Of a stretch of DNA of 64,000 nucleotides, positions 40,490-53,835 are shown piece by piece. Source of the DNA: the human T2T-CHM13v2.0 reference genome, Homo sapiens; the NCBI RefSeq assembly GCF_009914755.1, contig NC_060934.1; one strand, written 5' to 3'. A program made the position numbers and the translations under genes. The notes beneath the pieces are model-generated. The model was not told where the DNA came from. It saw nothing but the letters and a program-made list of their open reading frames with translations, and did not search any database. Position 1 is the first letter of the stretch, and each line of letters opens with the position of its first letter.

Positions 40490-43430
40490 TAGGGACACAG
40501 CAAGAGGGCAACAGCTACATCAAGAGCCATCCCGTACTGCTGCAACAGAGAGGCACAGAGGGGACACTTGGCCTGCGCCCCTGCCAAGGCCAGAGCTGAA
40601 TCTTTGCACCAGGGCTGAGAGGAGGGGCGGGGTAGGAAGAGTAGGGCGGTGGGGCTGCCAGACGCAGGGCCTGCTGCACTAATGGATGTCTAATGTTTGC
40701 TTTCCTCAGTCATGTCTGCACCCACTTAATAAATGGTCTGCATTAGAGTTATAAAACAAAGTCATAATACAGCCTGCAGTGCTGCAGAGCACAGAGGCGG
40801 CTGTCACCCCGGGGCTGGGGGTGGTGCGGTTAGAAGATGGGGGCAGGCACGTGACATGCACCCATGGGCCCCCATGCCCCTTCTCCTGTGGCCATGACCT
40901 GCCCCCAGAGGGAGGCTCAATCCTGCCATTTCAAAGATGAGCTGCCTGAGGCCAGCAAGGGGCTGGTTCAGACCCAGGGGCCTCTTGAGTCTGAAGGCAG
41001 AGCTCTGTCCCACACCCCTCAGGGCTGAGACGGAGACAAGATGCTGGTGGTGGGTGGTGGGCATGGAGCCTGGCAGGTTCTCTGCTGCCCAGATGCCCTC
41101 CTGGCTCCATCCTGCTATCTCAGAGCTGTCTGGCCTGGCAGGGAGGCCTCAGTGGCCATCTCAGGGCATGCACAGCAACCAGCTCTCAGGCCACTGAAAG
41201 CCAATGTTCAGCTCCCTGGGTTGTGATCAAGTCACTGTGTCATCTCCTCATCAAATCCCCAAGCAGCCCTAGGGGGCTACCAGTTTGCCTATAGTGAATG
41301 TATCCCTGTACCTGGCAGTGGGAAGCAGGTGTCAGGGAGCCCTGGCCTGGCCTCAGGAATCTGCCTTGCTCTTCCCACATTAGCTACCCACTCACCGGGT
41401 GGCCTCGGGCAAGTCATGGGAACCATCTGAATGGTCTTCAGTTTCCTCTGCTTTGAAATGAGGACATTTCCAGCCTTGCAGGTCCCTTGATGAGAGAGCC
41501 CTGTGGACTGTGGAGTTCTGGCCCTGTCAGGGTGCTATTAGGATTCCTGGGTGTGGAGACACCTACACCATTACAGAGCTACGTAGATCAATGATAGGTG
41601 GTGTGGAGTCTGGGGCAACAGCCCAAACGCTGAAGTCTTTTCTCAGGTTCAAACTTTTGATCTGCCTCTTGTTAGCTGTATGACCTTGGACAAGTTGCTT
41701 AACCTCCCTGAGCCTCCCATTTACCCATCTCTAAAATGGGGTCTAATAGAACATACCTTACAGGGTTGGTGCCAGAATTCGATAAGTTAACAACTTAAAT
41801 TCCTGCAAACATAGCACCTGATGCTGGGTGAGCCTTAGTTGTTCGTTCGATGCAGCAACATGTACGTACCTACTGTGTGCCAGGCCCCGCCTAGGTGTTC
41901 ATGCATGTTTGTCTCATCCTCAGAGCAGCCCAGAGACGGGGTAAGGTTGTCCACCTCTTGTGCTCATCAGACATAACGAGGTAGGTGTTAAGGTTCTCTC
42001 CCTGGGCCCTACAGAACATGCTGGATGGAGCTGGAGTCATGTGTCATCTTGTTAGCTACCCCACCCCCACCGCCCGTACACACACTGCCCAGGGCCTAGG
42101 CCCCAAGCCAGTGATAGTTCATGCATTTTCTCCTAAGCTCCCCAGTCTCAGCATGGTCTCCTGGTCCACAAAGAGAAAGCATAGTCAGACATTCTGTTCT
42201 TGGAAAACCAGGTGTCCCCTTGGCCCCTCTGACTGTAGGGGGGACTCCCTAGGGCCAGATGTGGCCTCCTAGACCAGAGAACAAGTGCACGATCCCAGTG
42301 GCCACACAGGCCTCCCGGGACACCACCCTCTCCCCTCCCTCCGCTGTAGGTGGGGCCTCTAGCTGGAGGGGCTGGGCGGCCATGCGCCACCCCACAGCTT
42401 CATTCACTGTGTCCTCTGGGCAGTTAGCAGAAGAGGACAAGCCCCCAACGGCTTGTGCCCAGCCACCTGATCATTTGGCATTTGGCACTGGAAAATTCAT
42501 TTTTCTAGGTGGATTGTAAACCAGCAGGTCAATGGCCTGGTTTCCCCCGCTTCTGGGCACTGGCGGTGGCCACACCCCCCTTCCTGTTTGTCTCACCTCC
42601 TGAGGTGCAGTTCTTTCCAGGGAGACGGTGGGCCAGGATTTCCATCTGGCCCCCTTTGTGGGAGGAGACTGCCACAGGCACAGCCCCCATCTGCTCTGAA
42701 GTCTCCTCATCTGCTGTGCTGAGGGCTGGATCTGGCTGGGGTGGGGGTTGGGAAGAAGAGGCCAAGGGATGGGTGAGAGCCACAGACCATGGGAGGTGAG
42801 CTCTGTGAGGAAGCTTCTGGGAAGGAGGGCTTCCCCTGGGAGAGGAGACCTGCAGGGGGCTGAGCACCATGGAGTCCAGGCCTGCTTCAGCCGGCTCATC
42901 CCACCCCTGCCCCGCAGCCCTGGCTCCCGTCCCGCTTGCCAGCCTGGCAGGGGCTGCAAAGGGCAGCTGTGACTCCAGGGCAGAGCTGGCCTGGTTTGAG
43001 CTCCAGCCCCGTTTCCAGCCCATTGCATCTGGTGGCGTCACCATGAGGAACTGGATAGAAGCCGGGCAGGGACAGTGGAGCAGACGCTGTGGGGGGGCCC
43101 AAGGGGTGTCCTCACCCAGACAGATCGCCTCCCCTCCCGGGACCTCCTTGGCCTCTCTGTCTGTAATGAAGTACAGTCACACAGCATTGCAGAGTGGGAA
43201 CTGGCTCTTTATAAAGCCCAGCCTCTTAAAAGCAGGGCAAGATGGGAAACTGAGGCCGCAGGAGTGCCAGACTTGACCCCGGTTGCAGATTACGTCCCCA
43301 GGAGGGCTCTGGCTGCCCCACCTCTGCCTCCCCTGTCCTCTTCGTCTGCGGTGGGCCCCCGGGGTGGGCGAGGGGTGCCACAGGGCCCTCCCAGCACACA
43401 GCCTCATGGAGGTCTCCACTCACTCTGCAG

Positions 43431-43655
43431 GCACTGATTCTGGCAGCGAGGTGCTCCCTGACTCCTTCCCGTCAGCGCCAGCAGAGCCGCTGCCCTACTT
43501 CCTGCAGGAGCCACAGGACGCCTACATTGTGAAGAACAAGCCTGTGGAGCTCCGCTGCCGCGCCTTCCCCGCCACACAGATCTACTTCAAGTGCAACGGC
43601 GAGTGGGTCAGCCAGAACGACCACGTCACACAGGAAGGCCTGGATGAGGCCACCG
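43431..43655 (+). CDS. UNC5B: UNC5B exon 2 (225 nt, phase 1/1): start of Ig domain 1
   Basis: cag|GCACTGATTCT...GAGGCCACCG|gtgag; translates (G)[42 protein letters not shown]...GLDEAT. Confidence 0.98.
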
Positions 43656-44899
43656 GTGAGCCCGCCCCACTTGCCTGGGCACCCCAGGACACCCCAGGCC
43701 CAGAGGCACAGGTCTAGCTCCATGTGAGACTTCACACAGCCATGGTGCCCCCTTGGATTAGCATTTCCCCAAGTGCTGGCCACATGTCCCAGCCTGACTT
43801 TGGGACCATCTCCACTGCATTGGACAGCACCGAGTGCCCTGTGAGCCCTCACTCCCTTTTCCACTTTCCATCTTTCTGCTTCTGTTAGGGAGCAAGTTCC
43901 CGTCAGGTGGGGGTTCTTGAGCCCTCCCAAACACCTGCTAATCTCCCTGTTTAACAAAGAGGGCAGGTCTCTGCCTCACAGCCCTGGCACCCCACGACAC
44001 CGACCCAGAATTCAATGCAATCGTTATTTTTACAGTTCCCTTCTGTTTGTGGAAAGTGATACTGGTTTCCATTCACAATAATGATATGGCATTTCCTGTG
44101 TTGAAATAAATTGTTTTAGGTTAAAAAGAAAAAGTTGATAGTATTAAGTAAATAACCATCCAAGTGGTGCTGGGATGTAGACCAAATCTGGAGGGAAAGA
44201 GGAGAGCAGCTGAAACTGGGAAACTCGAGGAAGCCTGGGGTCCCTTCCTTCTCGGATATGTGGGGAGCTCTCGGTACTCCCAGAGGAGGAGGCAGAGCCC
44301 TGGGGCTCCCCACATCTCCCAGAACTGGGCCTGCCCCCAGGGTGCCCTCGAGTCTAAGTGAGGGGCTCTTGCTCACTTGTCACCAGGTCCCTGTTGATAG
44401 TGCAGGAGCCCTCGGGGTGAAAAGCCCTTCCTGGGGCTTAAGACAGGCAGATGGGACCCCCCCTTCAGTCACCTGACAGAGCCAGCCTACCCCAGACTCA
44501 GGGGGCTCCCGAGTAGCCTTCCTGGGTTTTGTTTTGTTTTTCCCATCTCTTTCTGGATCCTTTGCTTTCTCCTTCTTCAGCTCTGTTTATTTCCCTGCCT
44601 CTCCCTGCTCATTTCTCTCTCTCTCTTTTCCCTATGTGCCTGTTTTGCTTCTTTCTTTTTCTCTTCATCCCCCTCTCTCTGTCTCACTCTCTGTCTCCCT
44701 GACATGCTGTCTCACTGTCCTTCTTTCCCCCTTCTTTAGTTTCTGTTTTGTCATGTAAAGCTCACAGATTTCAGAAACAGTCAGGCTTAAAACCATACTC
44801 TAGAATGTACTCGAGGTCACTGAACCATATGCTTACAAATGGTTAAAATGCTAAGTTTTATAGAATGTGTATTTTACCACAATTTAAACATAATTTTAA

Positions 44900-45249
<350 letters not shown>

Positions 45250-46444
45250 AGAAAAAGGAATTTTTAAGGGGAAACAAAACAACACATATTTTCCAGCTGC
45301 CCCCACTCTTTGGCTGAGTGACCCTGGGGAAGTCACTCAACCTCTCTGAGCCCCAGTTCTTCTCTTCGTAAACTGGGAAGTTGACTGAAGGTCCTGGTGA
45401 GGGTAGAGCCAGGTGGCGTACACATAGCACAGAACAGCATGCCAGGGCCCAGCAGGCAGTCGATAAACACCTGCTTCCTCTGTCCTCTTTCCGGGCTTTC
45501 CTTGGCCTCTTTCTCTCAAACGGTCCTTACCTCTCTGCCCACTGAGCCCCTCTGGCCTGTATCAGAGGTCAGCCATCGGGGTCCAGGCAAGGCGAGGGAA
45601 CAGTGTGCCTGCTGGGGCCCCTCACAGGCCGTTAGCATAGTAATAATAACCCTGTGATTATTACTAATAGTAACAGCATGGCCCTTACCAAAACCCTGCC
45701 ACCAGGCACACAGGCCCTGCCAGCCCTAGAAATTGGGGCACTGTTGTCCCCATTAGCTGCAAATAATGGGCAGAGCTTCCTTGGCAGTGGTGGGGCCTGA
45801 TTCCACTTCAGCCTCCTACTCTCTAGCCTTGGTCTGAGGCCTGAAAACACAGAAGAGGACAGCTGGGGGCCAGGAGAGGCAGAACAGCCCCCCACCAGCT
45901 TATGCCAGATTGGGGCAGGCAGCCCAACCCTGGGTGTCCTGGGCCAGGCATTGCCATGCTTGGGAGGGCAGTCTGATGCTGGGCCTCAAGCCTGGGAGAC
46001 CGAAGGTCCCTGTCCTATGCTCCCTGCATCTCTGCTTGCTGGTGATCATGGATGAGGTGTCACGCCTCCTCCCTGGTGGTTGTTTCCTTCTATCCAGCTA
46101 TTGGTGCTGCTGAAACCTTCTTGCATGGATGACCCCCTTAAAAGGGCACACTCTTACAGGTTCACAGTCTGGTAAGCAAGGGGCAGGGGCTGTGCTCCCT
46201 GGGTCATGCATCATTGACTGTGGAGCCAGCCTGCGGGCAGCCATGGCAGGCAGGCACTGTCACCCACCCCTGAAACAGCCTCTTCCCTGGATGGCATACC
46301 CCTAGCCACCTCCCATTTACATCCTTGGCCATCAGGACGGGGCTGTCCCCCATCTGGACTCCCTGCACAAGGACCCCACCCTCCTCAACAATAGGAGAGT
46401 TACAGCAATGACTTCATCAGGAGAGGTCCAGAGAGGAGTTGTGG

Positions 46445-46843
<399 letters not shown>

Positions 46844-48329
46844 CTACCCTCTCTGAGCCTCAGTTTCTTCAAAGGTAACAGAAGAAGCTGGTTGAGATCC
46901 AGATGACCTGCCAGAGTATATTTGTGTCTGGCCCGGGCTGGGCGCTGTGGCGGAGTAGTCACCATAACTTGTCTAGAGTTTACCTTGAGAGTTTACTATG
47001 ATGAGGGATCTGAGGCTCAGAGAGACTGAGTAACTTCACAAAGGTCACCCAGCTGGGGTTTGAGGGTGGGGCCAGGACACAAACCTGTCCAGCCATCCAA
47101 CCCTGTCCTTACCCACCATGCCACCGGCTGTGCGTACCTTAACAATCCATGGTGCAATGAGAGGATGAGATAGGACACATCGTGGCAGGGAGGAGCAGCT
47201 TTAGAAATTCTGAGACACAAGGCAGTCAGGGAGGCTTCCTGGAGGAGGAAGAGGGCTCTGTAACCTTTGGGGAGGAACTTCAGATGAATGTCCCCTTTCC
47301 TGGCAGGTTCCCCCCTTTCCTGAGCATGGAGGGCTTCGTTGAGGGATGGTTAACAGAAAACCGAGTGACCCCCTTGTGTAGGCCGGTAGGTCCTGTTATG
47401 TAGGGAGTTTCCCAGGCCCTGACCGGGGAGCCATTGAGAGATCAGGGGCTCCCTGGGAGAGGGACTTCCTCAGCTCCAGGCCCACAGGGCCTGAGTAGTG
47501 ACCAGGGAGAGCAGGCATCCCACCTCTGCACGTGCTGAGCCCCCTTTCTGTGCCAAGCCCTGGGCCACAGCAGCAAGCAGGACAAAGCCCCATCTTGTTC
47601 TCCTGCAGGAGACAGACATTTAACACATGAATGCGTCCATAAATAATCTGAGTCCAGCTAATGGTGGGTGCTGGGAGGAGACGAAGCTGGGTAGGGGAGT
47701 GACTGCTGCATAGACGAACTTCCGGGCACAGTGGTGGGAGTGCCGAGCAGTGCTGGGAGAGCTGTCGGGGAGGCGCAGGGTGGAGGGGGCTTTCCTCGGG
47801 AAGTGAGGCTGATCCGAAATCTGGCAGGGACTGGGAGGCCACCAGGCCCAGAGGAGACAGAAGATTCCAGGCAGGGGACTGATGTGCAAGGGCCCCGTGG
47901 CTGCAGAGCCAGGGAACATGAGGGCCTGGAAGACACCCGGTGAGGCTGCAGTGGGATGGGGATGGTGGATGCACAGTGCAGCTCAGAGCCACTCCTGGGG
48001 ATGACCCTACCCGCCTGCAGGCCACTGAGACCCCGCATGAAGGGTCTCATAACGGGGGGAATGACACACCACTTGTGCATTTTGGAGATGACACTAGCTG
48101 CCAGGTAGAAGATGCATTGGTGGGGCAGAGGGCTTGTGTTAGCCACTGCAATGTGCAGGTGAGTGGCCATGAAGCTTGAGCCAGGGTGGAGACAGGAGAC
48201 AAGAGGAATGGAGGGAAAGGCACTTGGGCAAGAGAGCCAGCAGGATCCGAGGTGGAAGGCCGGGGCTGTCCTGTGCCTCACATCCTTGCTTTGCCCCTGC
48301 CCCCTGACGGCTCTCTCTTCTCCTCCCAG

Positions 48330-48473
48330 GCCTGCGGGTGCGCGAGGTGCAGATCGAGGTGTCGCGGCAGCAGGTGGAGGAGCTCTTTGGGCTGGAGGAT
48401 TACTGGTGCCAGTGCGTGGCCTGGAGCTCCGCAGGCACCACCAAGAGTCGCCGAGCCTACGTCCGCATCGCCT
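48330..48473 (+). CDS. UNC5B: UNC5B exon 3 (144 nt): end of Ig domain 1
   Basis: cccag|GCCTGCGGGTG...CGCATCGCCT|gtacgc; (G)[47 protein letters not shown]. Not captured as an ORF in the track. Confidence 0.96.
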
Positions 48474-48935
48474 GTACGCCACCCTGACCCCCACCCTGTC
48501 CCTGCAGGAACCTTCCCCATCCCTGAAGATGCTGGAGAGGGAACTTCACATCTGTGGGGCCTCCTCCAGCATCCCTGGCTGAGGATGCCCACGGCAGAGA
48601 CATCCCAGCACATGGATGCCAGCTCAGAGAGGGCTCCTAGACCCAGAACCTAGGCCTCTTTTCATCTACTTCTGTATAAAAGAAGCTGGCAGCTTCCTCC
48701 CCCATCCTGAGCCACTATATGCTTAGGATCCCAGAGTCAGGGAGGGAACCCTGTTCCCCCAAGTCTGCCTAGTGAGGCCCCTTCTTTGGAGAAGAGGAAA
48801 TTTCCCGGGCAAAGGCCAGGTGGGCCCATCAACAGTACCCTGGGTCTGCACTGCCACCCAGTGGCTACAGTGTAGCACATCAGGTTCTGATCCTGCCCGC
48901 ACCTGACTGCCTTGGGACCCTCTCGCTTCTCCCAG

Positions 48936-49039
48936 ACCTGCGCAAGAACTTCGATCAGGAGCCTCTGGGCAAGGAGGTGCCCCTGGACCATGAGGTTCTC
49001 CTGCAGTGCCGCCCGCCGGAGGGGGTGCCTGTGGCCGAG
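48936..49039 (+). CDS. UNC5B: UNC5B exon 4 (104 nt): start of Ig domain 2
   Basis: cccag|ACCTGCGCAAG...GTGGCCGAG|gtgagc; (Y)[34 protein letters not shown]. Confidence 0.97.
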
Positions 49040-50298
49040 GTGAGCGGGGACGTAGGGACCACTGAGCACGGCCCTGTGGCCATGCCTGCAGAAGCCAGGC
49101 AGGCATGGTATTTACCACCAGCCATGGTGCTAGTCTGCCAGAGCCCTGCCCCTTTCGCAGATGAGATCGAGGCTTAGCACAGAGAAGAGAACTGTTACCT
49201 CTGTCGAACGCAGCAATGCCAGATCCCAGCTGGGTCTGCCACAGGCATAACCCCACGGGATGGGGTGGCTAAGGCAGAAATCCCCAGAACTCAGGGGCTC
49301 CTTAGGTAGACCTCCAGCTCAGTCTCTATCTCCTGCCCCACCCAGAACCCAAGGCCCCAGCTTTCTGGATGCGAAAGGATCCCATCATGTGTGTGTGTGA
49401 GTGTGTTCTCCCCCACGAGCTGATCACCCCTTCCTGAAACCACAGTCTTTGGATTGCTGTCCTCTCTCGCCATCCTTACCTATGTTCCAGACATACTCCC
49501 TGCACTGGTGGTCCAGGGATTAGAGCTGCATCTCAGCTTTGCCCAGCAGAGTGGACGGCTGGGGCAGTCAGGACCCTGACTTCCAGCCTGGGATCAGCCC
49601 TCTCTGATCCCAAAACCATGCACTCATCATTCAGCCTCTCCCAGCCCAAACCCTCCTCTGCGTAGTGGGCTCAGACAAATACCCCTGGCCCATATATGCT
49701 AGGCACTTAGCACGCTGGTCTCTGCAACAACCCTGCAAAGTGGATGTTACCATTCCATCCCACAGCAAGGAAGCAGGGCTGGGAGGGGCCCAGTGGCCAC
49801 CTAGGGTGAGGCAGCTGGTGAGTGGCAGAGCTGGGGTTTGGACCCAGGTCTGCCAGACCCGGGGACCTTCTTCGTATCACCTCCCAGGCTTTTCTTCCTG
49901 GCTAGCAGAGCTGGGAGGAGTTAATGATGAAGACAGATACTCCTGGCTAGCGCCTATTTAGTTAGTTTAACTCAACTTCCTCTGAGCATTGTTCTCGGCA
50001 CCTTACACATGCTAACTCATGTAATCCTCTCGATGGATCCCTATGGGGTAGGTGCTATTCAATTCCATCTTGCAGTTGATGAAATTGAGTCCCTGAGTGG
50101 TAAGTCCCCTCCCAAGACCACCCAGCTGGCAAATGGTGCTCTTAACCCCAGAGCTGTACAGTGTCCAGTGCTATAGTCCCACCAAGGCCCTGCCTCACTG
50201 CCACGACTATGGCGTGGACCCAGGTAGAACTGCCCTTCTTCTGTTTATGATCAAACCTGTCCTGGGCCCTCACTGCCCCCTCACCCCCACTCTTGCAG

Positions 50299-50479
50299 GT
50301 GGAATGGCTCAAGAATGAGGATGTCATCGACCCCACCCAGGACACCAACTTCCTGCTCACCATCGACCACAACCTCATCATCCGCCAGGCCCGCCTGTCG
50401 GACACTGCCAACTATACCTGCGTGGCCAAGAACATCGTGGCCAAACGCCGGAGCACCACTGCCACCGTCATCGTCTACG
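50299..50479 (+). CDS. UNC5B: UNC5B exon 5 (181 nt): Ig domain 2
   Basis: tgcag|GTGGAATGG...GTCTACG|gtgcgg; [60 protein letters not shown]. Confidence 0.97.
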
Positions 50480-51207
50480 GTGCGGGCCTTTCGGAGTGGG
50501 AGGGGCAGACACGGCCAAGGGAGGGAGGAGAGAGCCTGGGGGTAGGGGGGACCCCTGGATTGGTAGGGAGGATGCAGCCCAGAGAGGGGAAGTGAATTGA
50601 CCAAGATCACAACACAGCAGAATTCATGGCCAAGTTGGGCATTCCTGGGTTCCCAGCCAGGAACACTCCCCAGTTCTCAAGATGCCTTGCCTAACTCTGA
50701 AGGAGTTCTCCAAGTCTGGGGGCTGAGGCAGGGCCCAGTCAGTATGTCCAGAAGGCTGTTGTCCTGGTAGAGTTAAGGACCATTGCCCAGGCTTGTGAGC
50801 TATTCTCTGCTGCCCCCTTGGGCCCTATGGGTGGGAGGAGTGGAGCCACAGCTGAGGTGACTTGACAGAGTTTTAGAAAGAACCTTGTGCTAGGTTCCAG
50901 CTGCAGGCAGTCCCAGGCCCCCATCACTCCCAGGGTGACCCTGGGGAAGTGGCAGCCCTTTCTGGACCTTCTTTGCCGTCTTACAATGAGGTGGGGCATA
51001 GACAGTGACTTCCCGGATCCCCTCTGGTGCTGACGGTTACAGCCCAGCTCTATCTGCCAGTTCTGAGTCCCTACACTGTAGGCAAAAGGGGTCTCACTAG
51101 GAAGGCCAGGCTTCAGCAGAGGGGCCTCGTCAGGGTGAGGGACGGGTTTGGGGGAGGGCAGAGGGTTCCAGAGCCAAGCCATCCAGTTGACAGCTGCCGC
51201 CTTGCAG

Positions 51208-51375
51208 TGAATGGCGGCTGGTCCAGCTGGGCAGAGTGGTCACCCTGCTCCAACCGCTGTGGCCGAGGCTGGCAGAAGCGCACCCGGACCTGCACCAACC
51301 CCGCTCCACTCAACGGAGGGGCCTTCTGCGAGGGCCAGGCATTCCAGAAGACCGCCTGCACCACCATCTGCCCAG
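51208..51375 (+). CDS. UNC5B: UNC5B exon 6 (168 nt): thrombospondin type-1 repeat 1
   Basis: tgcag|TGAATGGC...TGCCCAG|gtaag; [43 protein letters not shown]... (WxxWxxW TSP1 motif). Confidence 0.98.
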
Positions 51376-52177
51376 GTAAGGAGCCTTGTCCATGTCCAGC
51401 CCCACCCCGAACCCTGTCCCACCTTCTGTTTTGTGTGCCAGAGCCAGGACAGCCATTCTCTCCCCAGCATGGGGAGCAGAAGGTGCTTGTCCCGAGCCCA
51501 CAGCCGGCTGCCCAGGCTGACTAGATGCTCTGATCTCTGACCTCTTATTCTGCCCTGGGCTGCTGGTGAGATGGAGGCAGAGGCTTTGAGGGTTAGCCCC
51601 TTCTCCCTGACCCTCTAGCCTGGGCTCTTCTGCCCTCCAAGCTGAGGGTTCTCAGTGTCAGCATGTCAGCCCCAGGCCAAGGTTTCAGAGCTCCCCGGCC
51701 TCAGGGACAGCCTGTTGCTCCTGACTGTTAAGACACACCGTGGCCACAGGCCCTATTCATACTGACAGTCCTCCTATTCCTCTCATCCTCTGTGCAGCCC
51801 CTCTGCTCCCCTACCCCCGCACATGTGCTGTGTTCTCTCCCTTGGGTTGTATGTTTGTGCCTACGCTGTTTTTCTTTACCCTGGGTTTGTGTCTGTGTGT
51901 GTAAATCGTGCACTGGGCTATATCGTGTTGATGACCTTATACATCTATCTGTACCCTCTTTGTCCACCTGCCAGGTGCATCTGGCTGTTCATTGGCATGG
52001 GGTTATGTGGATATCATGTGGATTTCTCTGTGTGGCACACATGTGTTCTGGGTTCCTCATTTCCTTCCATGGTGTGTATGCATGCATGTGTGTTGGCACA
52101 TTGCTCTGTTCTGCACACATAACTATGTGTGCACATGTCTCTGCGTGCACATGCTCCTGTATGCCATGCTCTTACAG

Positions 52178-52342
52178 TCGATGGGGCGTGGACGGAGTGG
52201 AGCAAGTGGTCAGCCTGCAGCACTGAGTGTGCCCACTGGCGTAGCCGCGAGTGCATGGCGCCCCCACCCCAGAACGGAGGCCGTGACTGCAGCGGGACGC
52301 TGCTCGACTCTAAGAACTGCACAGATGGGCTGTGCATGCAAA
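52178..52342 (+). CDS. UNC5B: UNC5B exon 7 (165 nt): thrombospondin type-1 repeat 2
   Basis: tacag|TCGATGGG...ATGCAAA|gtgagt; [40 protein letters not shown]...GLCMQ. Confidence 0.98.
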
Positions 52343-52567
52343 GTGAGTCACAGGGAAGGTGGGGCCCTGGGGGTGGGGACTCTGGAGCCATGTAAGGGTC
52401 CCCCAAACCCGGCCCCATGCCTCAGTGCCCAGCCTGCAGCACGGCAGTCCTCAGGGCCTCTGTCCCCCCACCACATCCATCATCTCATCTCATCCTTCCC
52501 ATTGCCTTCTCTGCCACCCTTTCCCTGTCACCTATGTCATTGTCTTTCCCTTTATTTCCCTTGACAG

Positions 52568-52600
52568 ATAAGAAAACTCTAAGCGACCCCAACAGCCACC
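52568..52600 (+). CDS. UNC5B: UNC5B exon 8, 33-nt alternatively spliced microexon (juxtamembrane stalk NKKTLSDPNSH)
   Basis: gacag|ATAAGAAAACTCTAAGCGACCCCAACAGCCACC|gtaagt; frame-preserving; matches the known 11-aa alternative segment. Confidence 0.95.
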
Positions 52601-53689
52601 GTAAGTCCCATTTCATGGCTGTCCTCTTTCCTCTGGGGGATCCCTGGTTCTCTTTGGCTGGCTTTTCCCGGGATCAGGGTGCAGGGCAGGGAGAGCTGAA
52701 GGTGCCTACCCACCCCCCACGGGATCATCTACACCTGACACTGCATGTGTCTGCATCTCCATCACCGGCAGACAGGCAAACCCTTGGCTGACAGAAAAGA
52801 AAGGCCCTAGGGCACCCTACTGAGCCTCCTCTCATAAGAGGGGAAACTGAGTCACAGAGAGAGGAAGGGACTTGGCCAGAGACACAGGCAAGAAATAGTA
52901 GAGCCAAGATTTGAACCCAAATATTTTTATAGCCAAAGCTGTTGTTCTTAACCATATGCCCTTGGCCCTCCTCTCTGGGCCAAGGCCGGGACATCACCAC
53001 TCCAGTCCCCCCTCATGCCCCTTGCTGTACCTCTCTGCCCCAGCAGCTGGGCCAAGCCTCCCAAATTGTCTCTGATGCCCGCTGCCCTGCGTCAGCTCTG
53101 GAGGGCTCACCCTCCAGCCCCAGAGGCTGCGCCACCACTGCAATCATATCAGAGCAGCAAAGCCACTTGAGCAGGTTGGCCCATGGTAATTAAACCACAA
53201 TTTCCAGTTAGTTCTGGAATCATAAAATCAGTGAGGCCCTCGGCCGAGCTCACTGGGGGTCGGGCTGGGGATGATTCAAGTGTAAGTCACCAGGCAAGTG
53301 GCCCCAGTGTCAGTGAGGGCATTAGGAGGCAGAGCCAAGCTGGGGGAACCATTTCTCTGCTGAACCAGGAGGGGTCCTCTGGGGAGCCCAAGAGTGAGGG
53401 CTGCTGAGGAGAGATACAGGGGGACAGAAGTCGGAAGTGGGCAGACATCCGGGGCTGGGAGCCATGCCCTGCCTTGCTGAAAGCCTTAGGCTGACGCCAA
53501 GTGCAGGGTGTGGAGGACTCCAGGCAGAGGAAGCAGGGCTACTTCTCTGAGGGCCCCCCAGGGAGGAAGTGCGTGGACAGGTGCTTCCTGGAGCTCCCAA
53601 AGGAAGCAAGGGGAAGAGCAGCCATCTTGGCCGCCATTTTTGCTCTCCCTGAACTGCCCAGTGTGAAAGCCGTTCAAACTTATACTTAG

Positions 53690-53835
53690 CTTAATTAAAA
53701 TTAAATAAATTTTTAAATTCAGTTCCTCAGCGGTACTGGCTACATTTGAGTTGTTCAGGAGCCATATGTGACTAGTGGCTGCATACGGGACAGTGCAGCC
53801 ATAGGATTTTCTACCACTGTAGAAAGCTCCACCAG
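53690..53835 (-). mobile_element. MER3/MER33-like fragment
   Basis: aaattcagttcctcag...gccatatgtgactagtggct. Confidence 0.7.
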
